The notes under the pieces were generated by a model. The model did not search any database and had not been told where the DNA came from. It was given only the letters and a program-made list of their open reading frames with translations. Of a stretch of 54,989 bases of DNA, positions 18,972 through 28,203 are shown in pieces (within the stretch, counting starts at the first letter, position 1; each line of letters opens with the position of its first letter). The DNA is from a virus (taxonomy: Duplodnaviria; Heunggongvirae; Uroviricota; Caudoviricetes): the IMG/VR virus record IMGVR_UViG_3300033146_003879, positions 1 through 54,989 of that record; one strand, given 5' to 3'. Position numbers and translations under genes: made by a program.

Positions 18972-19991
18972 CTACTCCCCTTCAGGTTCATCTTCCTCAA
19001 TTATAGGGGGCATGTTTATGCCGGTTGTAAGCAGGTATCTGTCCAATGACCAGGATTTTGTTGTTGTCACGTCAGGTTTATTCATTGTTTCTGCTGCGAT
19101 GAACTCACCTAACTTTGAATCAATGTAATCTGCTTCATGTATTATCTGCGCCTCTTTGAACATCGGAGTGATGGCTGACCCCCACTCAAGTCTACCGTGA
19201 TGAGACACACATATGTGAGCTAGCAGGATACGCTTATCCTCACTTAATATGCGTCTAAATACCGCAGGTATATAAGTTGCTCCCATAACGAGGTGTCCAA
19301 GAAGAGCACCTGACTCACTTACCGATGAGGCGAGACCTATGTCGTCAATAGTGAATGACTTGCATTTCCCGATATCATGGAATAGTGCTCCGAAGATAAC
19401 GAGAGGGATATTCATGTTAGGTATCACTCGAGCTACCGCAAGCGCGTGCCTGGCAACCTGGACACTGTGTTCGAGCAAGCCTCTTACGTAGGCTTGATGA
19501 TACATAACCGCTGCAGGGACTGACTTGTATAGATCCCACAGTCTTGCTTTCTCCAGCGCCTCGATAACCTCTGCTGCGTTTGGCCACGTGTTGTCAGTAG
19601 TATTAGCTAAATCAATGAGTTGTTTTAACTCCTCGACAAGCTCTTCTTCAGACAACGTTGATGACTGTACTAGCTCGTCCTTTACCCCTTCTATCTGAGT
19701 GGGTGTTAAGAATTGCTCCGACTCTACGATGCATTGGAGCTCTGATTTGTACTCAGACACCTTGACTACAGCTTCAATAACTTTGCCGGCAGAGTAGTGC
19801 ACGAACACATCCTCTCTACCGTTCCATATCTTGAATGGTATCGATCCAGTAGCATCGCTAAGTACCCCACTCAAGTACGCTCCTCCCTTCCCGTTCTTCA
19901 TCTCACACGTCGCTAGCCGTACTCGTATACGTGCTAGGGATCCAGCTGTCAGTTGTTGCATTTGTGTAAATGGTGTGTGTTGTGTAATCAT
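18972..19991 (-). CDS. yhaM: YhaM/Cbf1-like 3'-5' exonuclease (OB fold + HD domain)
   Basis: OB fold (LSDATGSIPFKIW), HQAYVRGLLEHS, LFHDIGK, GHL, SHHGRLEWGS, HEADYIDSK; likely start MITQH at 19991. Confidence 0.9.
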   Translation of the reverse strand: MITQHTPFTQMQQLTAGSLARIRVRLATCEMKNGKGGAYLSGVLSDATGSIPFKIWNGREDVFVHYSAGKVIEAVVKVSEYKSELQCIVESEQFLTPTQIEGVKDELVQSSTLSEEELVEELKQLIDLANTTDNTWPNAAEVIEALEKARLWDLYKSVPAAVMYHQAYVRGLLEHSVQVARHALAVARVIPNMNIPLVIFGALFHDIGKCKSFTIDDIGLASSVSESGALLGHLVMGATYIPAVFRRILSEDKRILLAHICVSHHGRLEWGSAITPMFKEAQIIHEADYIDSKLGEFIAAETMNKPDVTTTKSWSLDRYLLTTGINMPPIIEEDEPEGE

Positions 19992-20439
19992 ACGATAGTT
20001 TCTCCTCTGGTTCTTCTCCCAGTACTTCATCTGCTAGGATGTTAGTTTCTCTTAGGTCGCGCACAACAATCACTTCGATCCTGTTGTTTCGCTCCCACCT
20101 CTCGATCATCTCGTCAGTTACTCGCACGAGCCCTATCGTGCGATTTGGTATCTTAACAATGGCTCCTATTCTCGCTCCGGTGACATAGGAGGTAAGTGCG
20201 TCGCGTACTGCTAGGTCACCTGCTTGTCCAACAACTCTTCCGTAATTCAATAATGTGAATTCTGTAGTGCGTAGTAGTTGCTCTATTCTTTCGGGAAACT
20301 CACGCGATACGGAAAATACAATATTTGGTCGAAAGGCAACACCTCTTAAAAAGCCCCTATCGCGCAACGGGTAATTACGTACTGCTTGTACGACTTTTCT
20401 TATCGCGTTCTGTGCAGACATGCTAATACTATGACTCAT
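19903..20439 (-). CDS. Last member of small-protein array 1, apparently extended past its C-terminal motif
   Basis: Internal TNILADEVL followed by GGA (20017-20019); the ORF then overlaps the yhaM-like gene. Confidence 0.55.
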   Translation of the reverse strand: MSHSISMSAQNAIRKVVQAVRNYPLRDRGFLRGVAFRPNIVFSVSREFPERIEQLLRTTEFTLLNYGRVVGQAGDLAVRDALTSYVTGARIGAIVKIPNRTIGLVRVTDEMIERWERNNRIEVIVVRDLRETNILADEVLGEEPEEKLSYDYTTHTIYTNATTDSWIPSTYTSTASDV

Positions 20440-20485
20440 ATTACCTCCGTAGGCGCACTATATTGTGTGTCTTGTTAATAGTTAA

Positions 20486-20905
20486 TTAAAGACTCTCGTC
20501 ATCTCGCAGGTTGTCTTCCATAACACTATGTGTCATTATGTTGTATGACCCACGCCCTAGGTAGTAGAACGACTTAACCAAGCTGGTATACCTCCAAATG
20601 CGTACTGTTCCTGCGGGTATCGATATTGATAAGGCGACCTTTCCGTGAGGCCTGTATCTGCGAATCGCAGTGATAAGAGGGACTCTTGATAGTGTCCCTG
20701 GAGCGGCTCTGGTGAGTATGAGCACGCCTGCTATCTTAGAGAGTACTGTTAGGAACTCCTCTGAGTTAGCATCTCCTATAAGATTAACATGAATAACAGG
20801 GTCGCCCTGATCGTCATCGTTTCGGTAATCCCGTAGAGCACGTGCTATCTTCTCTATTGCATTTGCATATGTCATCCTGTGTAGTTTTAACTCCTTCGAC
20901 TCCAT
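20486..20905 (-). CDS. Array 1 small protein, family Q (ends DNLRDDESL)
   Basis: Paralogue of 21300-21725; likely start MESKE. Confidence 0.75.
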   Translation of the reverse strand: MESKELKLHRMTYANAIEKIARALRDYRNDDDQGDPVIHVNLIGDANSEEFLTVLSKIAGVLILTRAAPGTLSRVPLITAIRRYRPHGKVALSISIPAGTVRIWRYTSLVKSFYYLGRGSYNIMTHSVMEDNLRDDESL

Positions 20906-20915
20906 GCTACCTTCC

Positions 20916-21290
20916 TTAGAGTTCTTCACTGTGCCTGATGTTGTTTGTTGCAATAGCATCATCCCTAACATCCGACACCAGCGATATGTGGTATGTGTAC
21001 ATACTAGACCTTGTGAGCGTGTTAAGGGTGCTGCTGTTTTCTATCCAATCAACACGTGTATCGCCACGCATGCCTTTCCGTACAACTAATGCGTGTTTAT
21101 TGTGAGCAATGTGTAGAACCTTGTCTGCCCATCCACGAAACCCGTCGCTCACGGCACCTAGTTTAGCTAGTGTGTTCTGTATATTCATGGATGCCTCTTC
21201 AGATACAGGGATAAGCACTTCATGATACCTCGGGTCCCAATCGGGGATATGTCTTACTAATTCTACAAACTCTTCTTCCGTAACTCTCAT
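20916..21290 (-). CDS. Array 1 small protein, family P (ends NNIRHSEEL)
   Basis: Paralogue of 21737-22111. Confidence 0.75.
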   Translation of the reverse strand: MRVTEEEFVELVRHIPDWDPRYHEVLIPVSEEASMNIQNTLAKLGAVSDGFRGWADKVLHIAHNKHALVVRKGMRGDTRVDWIENSSTLNTLTRSSMYTYHISLVSDVRDDAIATNNIRHSEEL

Positions 21291-21299
21291 AACACCCCC

Positions 21300-21725
21300 C
21301 TAGAGTTCACCGTTATTAACTACATTGTTATGCTTTAGTCCATACCCTCTCACTGTCAACACCGAGTCGTAATTAACGCGTAGCGATGTTATGGCACTAT
21401 CCTCAAAGGGTTCGATGCGCATTATGCTCCCATACACTGACACGTGAACAACTACTGCACCCGATTTACGATGCCTGCGCAGTGTCGCTGTTACCCCGCT
21501 TAACGCAGTAGTTCTGTCCTTCCTGCGTAGAGTATAAAATCGGGCTAGCCTGTTCGTAGCTTTTATAAAGGAGGGGTCTACAGGGTCACCTACTATGTTT
21601 GCGGCAATTGGTGTTGGGCCACCCTGACTTTCTTCCGCCGAGACTACCCGTCTCTTCCTATAAGCCTCGATCATCCTGTCCGCAGCCTCTTTATAAGTCA
21701 TTGTTCTCTTGGGGTAAGCTCTCAT
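21300..21725 (-). CDS. Array 1 small protein, family Q (ends NVVNNGEL)
   Basis: SD AGGAGG; paralogue of 20486-20905. Confidence 0.75.
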   Translation of the reverse strand: MRAYPKRTMTYKEAADRMIEAYRKRRVVSAEESQGGPTPIAANIVGDPVDPSFIKATNRLARFYTLRRKDRTTALSGVTATLRRHRKSGAVVVHVSVYGSIMRIEPFEDSAITSLRVNYDSVLTVRGYGLKHNNVVNNGEL

Positions 21726-21736
21726 TAGACCCTCCT

Positions 21737-22111
21737 TTAAATTGCCCCCTCGGGCGCCATGTTATCTCTTTCTGTTAGCCCTGTTATAGGGCTCTCACTG
21801 TACTCCCATCCGCTAACCTTATTGTTGAATATGGCCTTTGTTCCTAAGCTGCCTATTCGAAGAACCCGCGTCCTCCCGCCAAGGAATCCGCCTCGAGTCT
21901 CCCATCTAAAAACAATTGCATATTTATTCGCAACAGTATACGCATCATCCTCGCTACGATTACCTCTTCTTACAGCACCCATCTTCAGGAGTAACTCTTG
22001 CATTCGCAAGGACATCCTCTCTCCGTTCGGAACTACCACAGCCCAAGATCCATTCGGTGCCACCCATAACATGTGTACAAATCTTTTAAACTCTGTCTCT
22101 GTTACTATCAT
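21737..22111 (-). CDS. Array 1 small protein, family P (ends NMAPEGAI)
   Basis: SD GGAGG; paralogue of 20916-21290. Confidence 0.75.
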   Translation of the reverse strand: MIVTETEFKRFVHMLWVAPNGSWAVVVPNGERMSLRMQELLLKMGAVRRGNRSEDDAYTVANKYAIVFRWETRGGFLGGRTRVLRIGSLGTKAIFNNKVSGWEYSESPITGLTERDNMAPEGAI

Positions 22112-22122
22112 AGAATCCTCCG

Positions 22123-22512
22123 TTAAAGCGCATCCTTGTGGCGAACATTCACTGTAAGGAGGCTGCTGCCCCCTACATCAGTTATCCGTGTTTCTATGTA
22201 CTCGCTGCGATCTCCTCCTTCAAGCACGCTTGAGGTTGCATACGTAATCACCAACGCCCCCGCCTTGTGCGGGAATGGCCTATAGGATAGAAGTAACACC
22301 GGAGCATTACTATTGAGTATGTACTTTGCTCCCGACCCCCACGTTATATCCTGTGCAAACAGGGCTCCTTGCAATCGCTGGCTTGCTGCTGCTGATCGCG
22401 GGCGTATTACTAGTCGAACTATTCTCGGAGGGCTTGCATTATACCCCTCCCTTAAGTACTGCAGGTTACTGTCCGTTATTGTTTTAAGCCGAATATGCGT
22501 TACCAGTGTCAT
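22123..22512 (-). CDS. Array 1 small protein (ends NVRHKDAL)
   Basis: Shares P-x(3-4)-AS-x-x-[LI]Q-x-x-LF-x-x-x-[IV]-x-W core with neighbours; ATGA coupling. Confidence 0.75.
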   Translation of the reverse strand: MTLVTHIRLKTITDSNLQYLREGYNASPPRIVRLVIRPRSAAASQRLQGALFAQDITWGSGAKYILNSNAPVLLLSYRPFPHKAGALVITYATSSVLEGGDRSEYIETRITDVGGSSLLTVNVRHKDAL

Positions 22513-22892
22513 AAGTCACCCCCTTTGGTAAGGTTATCTTCGCACGTTATTATTGCATCTACTATCCAAGACTCCTCGAGAGGCACTATTGCATACCTGT
22601 CCGCAATGGCAACTTCCTCCGATCGTGCCCTTACCAGGTATGGGCTTTTCGTTGGATCTGACGGAACCCCTAGTACGAGACATGTTCGTAGGCGTGTATC
22701 ATTAAGTCTAGTGTCATACCCCTTCTTCTCAAGGGTTATAGATTTTCTACGGAGAGCACGCAATATTCTATCGTCCGCCACCTTATCTCTCGGACGTATT
22801 ATCAAGATGCCTCCACTAGCGTTACCACTTGAGTTATCAATGAACCTTGATACTATAGCAAGCAAACCCTTGCTGGTAATTACTTTTGTCAT
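22509..22892 (-). CDS. Array 1 small protein (ends NLTKGGDL)
   Basis: ATGA overlaps at both ends. Confidence 0.75.
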   Translation of the reverse strand: MTKVITSKGLLAIVSRFIDNSSGNASGGILIIRPRDKVADDRILRALRRKSITLEKKGYDTRLNDTRLRTCLVLGVPSDPTKSPYLVRARSEEVAIADRYAIVPLEESWIVDAIITCEDNLTKGGDL

Positions 22893-23317
22893 AGCTCTGC
22901 TCCTTGTGGCATGTTGTGGTTATTAGACCAAGGTAGTGCGTCTACTATACCAGATTCAACATAAGTGATACCGCTAGTCCCTTTATTCTCTGCTAGCCTA
23001 GCATCTAAATCGCGATCTGTGAAGTACAAGTTAGCGATGTCTATAACGACCGTTCGCTGAGACTTGGTCTCGTACTTATAGGGGCTTATTACTAAGTCCC
23101 GGTCTGTGAAGTTAACTGTTGCGCCTAGGCTACTCCAAACTATCCCTTCTGAGAACAGCATATCCTTCACCTTAGCAGACGCAGTCGCGCTTCTAGGTAG
23201 TATCACGATCCTGTGCTCTAGTCTTCCTTCTCCGGGATAACCTCTTGCTATCTCACGGAGCTCTCTAATTGTTTTTCGTAGGTAATTCAAGGCCTCGTAC
23301 CTCGTCTCTATCGTCAT
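22889..23317 (-). CDS. Array 1 small protein (ends NMPQGAEL)
   Basis: Family core ILPRSATASAKVKDMLFSEGIVW. Confidence 0.75.
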   Translation of the reverse strand: MTIETRYEALNYLRKTIRELREIARGYPGEGRLEHRIVILPRSATASAKVKDMLFSEGIVWSSLGATVNFTDRDLVISPYKYETKSQRTVVIDIANLYFTDRDLDARLAENKGTSGITYVESGIVDALPWSNNHNMPQGAEL

Positions 23318-23682
23318 AGCTCACCTTCCCCTACAATATGACCACTCAGATCAGGAGTCACGTCGGTCATTCCTGTTCTGTAGTAGCTACTTACATCATC
23401 CATGTCACCCGTCCACCTACTTGCGTATAACAGGTTTGTAGTTGTTCGGGTAGGGTGAACTCTAAGTATTAAATAAGGGTGTCTTGTATTGCGTACCACA
23501 GGATCTCCATTTGAACCATTCCAGCACACGTTTATTGTGAATAACACTTCTTGTATCCGAGCGGAGGCTCGGGCGTCTGTTGGTGATAGTATAATAGCGT
23601 GCCTTTCGTTTATACGACCATCCCTCTTGGCCGCACGCTCATTACTAATCAATCCTACCAGTTTCGTCTTCGTCCATCTCAT
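23314..23682 (-). CDS. Array 1 small protein (ends HIVGEGEL)
   Basis: Family core LSPTDARASARIQEVLFTINVCW. Confidence 0.75.
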   Translation of the reverse strand: MRWTKTKLVGLISNERAAKRDGRINERHAIILSPTDARASARIQEVLFTINVCWNGSNGDPVVRNTRHPYLILRVHPTRTTTNLLYASRWTGDMDDVSSYYRTGMTDVTPDLSGHIVGEGEL

Positions 23683-24068
23683 AAGGTGCCTCCATTTTGC
23701 ACATTACACACACTTCTATCAATTAATATGTCAGTTATGTGTGTAGTTGAGTAATACTCACTGTAAGTCGCAAGTAGTGAGTTTGTTTGAGCGTATCTAA
23801 TAACAACCCGTGGAACCCTACGTGTTGGTGTCACGGTCGTCGATAACACTAGGAGTTCCGCGGCTACGTGTTGGACGGAGTGTCTGTCTTTTACGTCATT
23901 GCTCCAAGCTGCGCCCAATGTGAATAATGCTGTTTGCATCCGTTCGCAGGCGGCTTCGCAAGACGGTTCAAGCAATAACTTTTGGTCTTGAGGAGTCTCT
24001 CCTTTTACCTTTCTTCTCATGTGCTCCTCCAGAATATGAGATAGCTCAGAGACTGTTACCCTTGTCAT
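23679..24068 (-). CDS. Array 1 small protein (ends NVQNGGTL)
   Basis: Family core LEPSCEAACERMQTALFTLGAAW. Confidence 0.75.
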   Translation of the reverse strand: MTRVTVSELSHILEEHMRRKVKGETPQDQKLLLEPSCEAACERMQTALFTLGAAWSNDVKDRHSVQHVAAELLVLSTTVTPTRRVPRVVIRYAQTNSLLATYSEYYSTTHITDILIDRSVCNVQNGGTL

Positions 24069-24433
24069 AGGACACCTCCATTCAGGTTATCTTCTTTATG
24101 AACTAGCGTGACTCCTGTAATTCCAGTAATTCCAGTAGCAATACATGCCTCTAATCCACGCAGAGTATCAGCGTAACCTAAACTACCTTCATTTAGTGAG
24201 GTTACTGCAATAACTAGGTGTGGTTTTTCTGTGTGCTTAACAAGGCTTTCCGGTTCGTTACCCGTGGTTTTGTTGGGACTGTCGGACTTCCAGAACACGC
24301 CGATTGAGAACAGTGCCTTTTGGATCTCACTCGAATCTATCTGTGTCTTAGGAGATAGTACTATGCCGATGTTATCTGCCTCGCCGCTTCTGTTAAATAG
24401 TAAAGAACGCAGCTTCCTCTTTGTTACTTTCAT
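24065..24433 (-). CDS. Array 1 small protein (ends NLNGGVL)
   Basis: Family core LSPKTQIDSSEIQKALFSIGVFW. Confidence 0.75.
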   Translation of the reverse strand: MKVTKRKLRSLLFNRSGEADNIGIVLSPKTQIDSSEIQKALFSIGVFWKSDSPNKTTGNEPESLVKHTEKPHLVIAVTSLNEGSLGYADTLRGLEACIATGITGITGVTLVHKEDNLNGGVL

Positions 24434-24801
24434 ATCTCCTCCTTCGGTATGTTGACAACAACTCTTTCTGGGTATGCTCCTGTAATGCCTGTGTCTAAGT
24501 GGTCGTCGTGTAGTCTATGTGTATCGTCGCAGTATCCGATCTGGTGAGGACCTTGTATTCTCACATATACAGTTAGATGGTTGCGGTTAGTGAACATAGG
24601 CTTCTTCCCTACTCTTTCCTGATAAACCCCTCCAGGCAACCACCCTACACCTAACGAAAATAACAACAACTGTATTCGCTCCGACTCTTTCTCAGAGCTA
24701 GGAGAGAACAACAATAGTCTGCCTGGCGGAACACCCTTGGTAGCTTTGTCTCTGTGTTCTTTGTCAAGCAATTCCGTAAGTTTATTAATAGATATTATCA
24801 T
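24430..24801 (-). CDS. Array 1 small protein (ends NIPKEEI)
   Basis: Family core FSPSSEKESERIQLLLFSLGVGW. Confidence 0.75.
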   Translation of the reverse strand: MIISINKLTELLDKEHRDKATKGVPPGRLLLFSPSSEKESERIQLLLFSLGVGWLPGGVYQERVGKKPMFTNRNHLTVYVRIQGPHQIGYCDDTHRLHDDHLDTGITGAYPERVVVNIPKEEI

Positions 24802-25181
24802 AACTCTTCCCCATCTAATATATTGATACTTGGGATATGTCCAATAATTCCCGTTACCCCCGTGTCAACAATGGTGTCGTCAAGCGCCGGTTCCGCAGCT
24901 ACTTCCTCGGGGGCCTTTTTAGAGTGGTAGAGTGTTGGTGTTGCCGACTCTCCGCCTGTACTAAAGTCTCTACCTACTAGTAAACTAGGGGAGCTTGTAT
25001 GTGATATTTTACTACCCTCCGGACCAGTCCACTCTATGCCTAGGTCAAACAGTGCTTCTTGCAACTGGGATGATGCTTTTTTTGTGGACGTATGAAAAAG
25101 GAGGAGTCTCCTTCCTCTTAAAACACGGTTACTCTTTTCACCTAAAATGATATTCCTTAGGCAACTTCTCGATATTAACAT
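24798..25181 (-). CDS. Array 1 first small protein (ends NILDGEEL)
   Basis: Family core ASSQLQEALFDLGIEW; likely start MLISR at 25181. Confidence 0.75.
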   Translation of the reverse strand: MLISRSCLRNIILGEKSNRVLRGRRLLLFHTSTKKASSQLQEALFDLGIEWTGPEGSKISHTSSPSLLVGRDFSTGGESATPTLYHSKKAPEEVAAEPALDDTIVDTGVTGIIGHIPSINILDGEEL

Positions 25182-25233
25182 TATGCTTCTCCACCACGCA
25201 CATTTAGAATATACAGAGAGCATCAATAAGATA

Positions 25234-25257
25234 CTCTATGTTCTTATACCATATTTG
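25234..25257 (-). promoter_or_regulatory. Class 1 motif heading array 1
   Basis: 24 bp identical to 231-254. Confidence 0.7.
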
Positions 25258-25258
25258 A

Positions 25259-27466
25259 CTAGAGGGTTCGGAAGGTATTGCTCAGTACGAACTTGTACAT
25301 TGGCGTACGCATGACGGATTCTTCTTCGTTGATAACACGGGAGGGTAATCCTTTTGCCGTAAGATTTGGTGTGAGGTCTGTTAAGTGCAACGAGTCGGAG
25401 ACAGTGTCCTTTGTAGTTAGGCTTCCCTTCATTACCTCGAGACCGCTCTGTGTGTAGAGTAGCACATCGAGCTTCTTAAGGTGGTACCCTGTTGACTCTA
25501 CAAAATTGTCTGCTATATCTCTCAAGTTGAAGGCTTCTATGTCTAGTGCTCTGGTAGAAAAGTACTCATGCAGCTCACTGTTAAGTATCTTGTACCTGTT
25601 AACTTCATCTGTTGTAGGAGCCTCGCTGAGCGGGTACAAGTAATCCCTTGCTAGCTCAAGATGCATTATTGATGGTCGATACGGTGTTGCTATTGTGGTT
25701 GTGGGTAATTCTTTGTTATCTTTGTTCGTGAGCGCTGCGGAACTTGACGCAAGCTTTTCTACATCCGTGCCTATATAAACAATGTCAACGTCTCTTCCGT
25801 GAAGCATCCGGTATAGATGTATCGCTGATGCTGTATCGGATACCACTTCTAAATAGATGTAGTTATTCGCTACTCCTAGTATGGATGAACCTCGCATTAT
25901 CTTGTTTTCTTTTGTCGCAAGTACCGCCCTCAACTCTGCTGCTTCTGCAAGTGTTGGATGCCCTGCTGGTATGCTTAGCGTTATCTCTCCTATCACTGTG
26001 TGTAATGCTGTCATGTCTGTGAGTTGGATTGTTTTATTACTTAGTTCACTAGGTGTAAAGGCGGCGAGACTCCCTACTGCGTACTCTGTAAGAGATGATG
26101 TCGGGGAGTCGTGTTTATATAAAGTTACAACCACTGACTTATTTCCCGCAGTAAAGTCAAGTGTTACTGGAAATTCAGCGGATTCAGAGATTGGCATATT
26201 ATCTGCTATGTTGTATAACTTCACAGACGCTATCATGCTTGTGAACAGGGAAGGCCCTTTTACATACAGCCCAGGCTCATATATGGCGCTGGTTGAATAG
26301 GCTGGTGCAGGTGACGGTAGTAGGGCTAGTTTAAGTGTGGGGTCTGCGGTTGTATACGTGCGCTTCTTTGCTGTATCAAACTCTTGGGTTGACGTGTAGT
26401 TCTGAGGAAGAGAATTGTATGTGTAGAGCAGAGTGCTTACCTCTGTCGAGAAATCCTTCATATCATCTGAAGAACTGTAAATAGCTACAGGTTGCATAAG
26501 TCCAGCGCTATTCGGTATACGTATTCTGTAGATATCCCTGTTTGGGAATGAAGGCGCGTCGTATGGGCATGGCTCCTCTGGTGAGACATACTCAAGTGTC
26601 CCCTTTGTGCTATGTGTCGTTGTCCCGTAGTCGAACATGACTTTCCCGATACCGCCCGTGCGCACTTGAATTGGTACGCTGATGCCCGTGCTTGTTACCT
26701 TGTAGATCTCCTTGTAGGCTTCTACAAACTCTCTGTCGTTCGCACTCAAGATACGGGTAGCAACGAGATCGTCAGGGCTGAATGCCTTGTCCGTTGCGAA
26801 ATGGTATCGTAAAGCCCTGTGATTAGAGTACGACCTGTTTGATATGCTGTCTGACAATGCCTGCTTCGTTAGAGCAGGGACAGGAGCGTTCGTTATACTG
26901 CGTGTCGTATAGGCGGACACGAGTTCCCCTATGTTAACTACAGCGTTTACATTTGATATATCCCAATTCGGAGACACATCAGCAGAGAAGGCTCCTGTTA
27001 GGGTCTTGACCGGAACCTTGTACGCAAATAGGTCTCCTACAACATCCCACTCAACTGAGTCCGCTGATCCTACCACAGGGAATATCTCAATGGTACTGTT
27101 TCCCAGCACCACAGTGCTTCCTCTACGAATAACGAATCCTGTCTTATCAGTAAATGTGAGATAAATGTAAGAGTCTGTCGCTTTGCTCGCATCTTGTGTT
27201 ATGAAATATCGAGCACGTAGGGTTTCTTCGTAATCGGGGTACTCAAGGTTGCCGTATGCATCGAACAGGAGCAGCACAGAATTAACTTGCTGTAGTACGT
27301 GAGCAGTCTCTCTTCCGGATAGCACAAGGTCGGCAAACGGTGTTATGACAAGATCGTAAATAGGGAACCCTTTCTCTACATTTGCATCTGGTATCCTACT
27401 CTTAACAATATTCTGCATGAGCAGTATTATGTCTCCGAGTGTCGATGTGTACGGTGTAAGAGTCAT
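25259..27466 (-). CDS. Putative baseplate (J/wedge-like) protein
   Basis: 735 aa; N-terminus IPDANVEKGFPIYDLVITP...FITQDASKAT...IYLTF resembles baseplate J-family N-termini. Confidence 0.5.
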   Translation of the reverse strand: MTLTPYTSTLGDIILLMQNIVKSRIPDANVEKGFPIYDLVITPFADLVLSGRETAHVLQQVNSVLLLFDAYGNLEYPDYEETLRARYFITQDASKATDSYIYLTFTDKTGFVIRRGSTVVLGNSTIEIFPVVGSADSVEWDVVGDLFAYKVPVKTLTGAFSADVSPNWDISNVNAVVNIGELVSAYTTRSITNAPVPALTKQALSDSISNRSYSNHRALRYHFATDKAFSPDDLVATRILSANDREFVEAYKEIYKVTSTGISVPIQVRTGGIGKVMFDYGTTTHSTKGTLEYVSPEEPCPYDAPSFPNRDIYRIRIPNSAGLMQPVAIYSSSDDMKDFSTEVSTLLYTYNSLPQNYTSTQEFDTAKKRTYTTADPTLKLALLPSPAPAYSTSAIYEPGLYVKGPSLFTSMIASVKLYNIADNMPISESAEFPVTLDFTAGNKSVVVTLYKHDSPTSSLTEYAVGSLAAFTPSELSNKTIQLTDMTALHTVIGEITLSIPAGHPTLAEAAELRAVLATKENKIMRGSSILGVANNYIYLEVVSDTASAIHLYRMLHGRDVDIVYIGTDVEKLASSSAALTNKDNKELPTTTIATPYRPSIMHLELARDYLYPLSEAPTTDEVNRYKILNSELHEYFSTRALDIEAFNLRDIADNFVESTGYHLKKLDVLLYTQSGLEVMKGSLTTKDTVSDSLHLTDLTPNLTAKGLPSRVINEEESVMRTPMYKFVLSNTFRTL

Positions 27467-27477
27467 GTCATCCTCTC

Positions 27478-28191
27478 TTATTTATAGAATGCGCGGATTG
27501 CGTCTACAATGTTCGTTTCGTCAAGAAATCTATTATTTTCATTCGTATATTTATATTCCGAGTCGCCGAATAACATCGATAGTGTTGCTATCGCGTTTGA
27601 TCGCATCTTAGCTTTTATTGATTTACGGAATAGTGCCATAAAGAAGTATCCAAAACCAAAGAACTCATGCTCTACGTACCAGTCGATGTCTATATATGTA
27701 TACCTAAGAACCCTTGCGAATAATACCTCACTGAACGGGTTGCGGTCGTGTCTCTTGCTGAAATCTGTCGCCCGATTAAGACCGTTCATAATTGAAGACA
27801 CGGTATAAGCGTCTCTTTCGTAGAACGCACGCATCGTGAATAATGTAGGCAGTACAAATAGATAGTTTATATACCATATAAGCTTGCTCTTCTCACGCTG
27901 CCTCATGTGGATAGCCTCGTGAAATACGAGTTCTGCTCTTGTTGTTGATGCGTTTCGAACAAACATTGATTCCGACAAAACGAAAGCGTAATTCGTCATC
28001 TTCACTTGGCCGAATGTAATAATGAGTGTTGCCCAGTATATTAGCTTCCATAAGAATCCTAGGTCTTCGTGTCTCTTAACAGAAATATCTGTGTCTGGGC
28101 AAATAAGTCTCGCAGCAACAACTAAGGCGCGTTTAGCATCACTTCTCAGTTCTTTCTCCGCAGATGTCTCCAGCTTCTTCAGGTCTTTCAT
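27478..28191 (-). CDS. Zincin-like metallopeptidase (HExxH)
   Basis: ELVFHEAIHMRQ with downstream FYERDAY; hydrophobic segments. Confidence 0.65.
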   Translation of the reverse strand: MKDLKKLETSAEKELRSDAKRALVVAARLICPDTDISVKRHEDLGFLWKLIYWATLIITFGQVKMTNYAFVLSESMFVRNASTTRAELVFHEAIHMRQREKSKLIWYINYLFVLPTLFTMRAFYERDAYTVSSIMNGLNRATDFSKRHDRNPFSEVLFARVLRYTYIDIDWYVEHEFFGFGYFFMALFRKSIKAKMRSNAIATLSMLFGDSEYKYTNENNRFLDETNIVDAIRAFYK

Positions 28192-28203
28192 CTTGGTGTT
28201 CTC

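Noticed and set aside
22509-25181. Pup/ubiquitin-like GGE or GG C-terminus as the meaning of the tag
   Set aside because: The terminal residue is Leu/Ile, di-glycine is present in only a minority, and no ligase or E1/E2 is in the window.
20486-25226. Alternative genetic code (TGA/TAG readthrough) fragmenting long genes into the small ORFs
   Set aside because: Adjacent ORFs are mostly in different frames, each has its own SD and start, they are full-length paralogues, and long genes elsewhere are uninterrupted.
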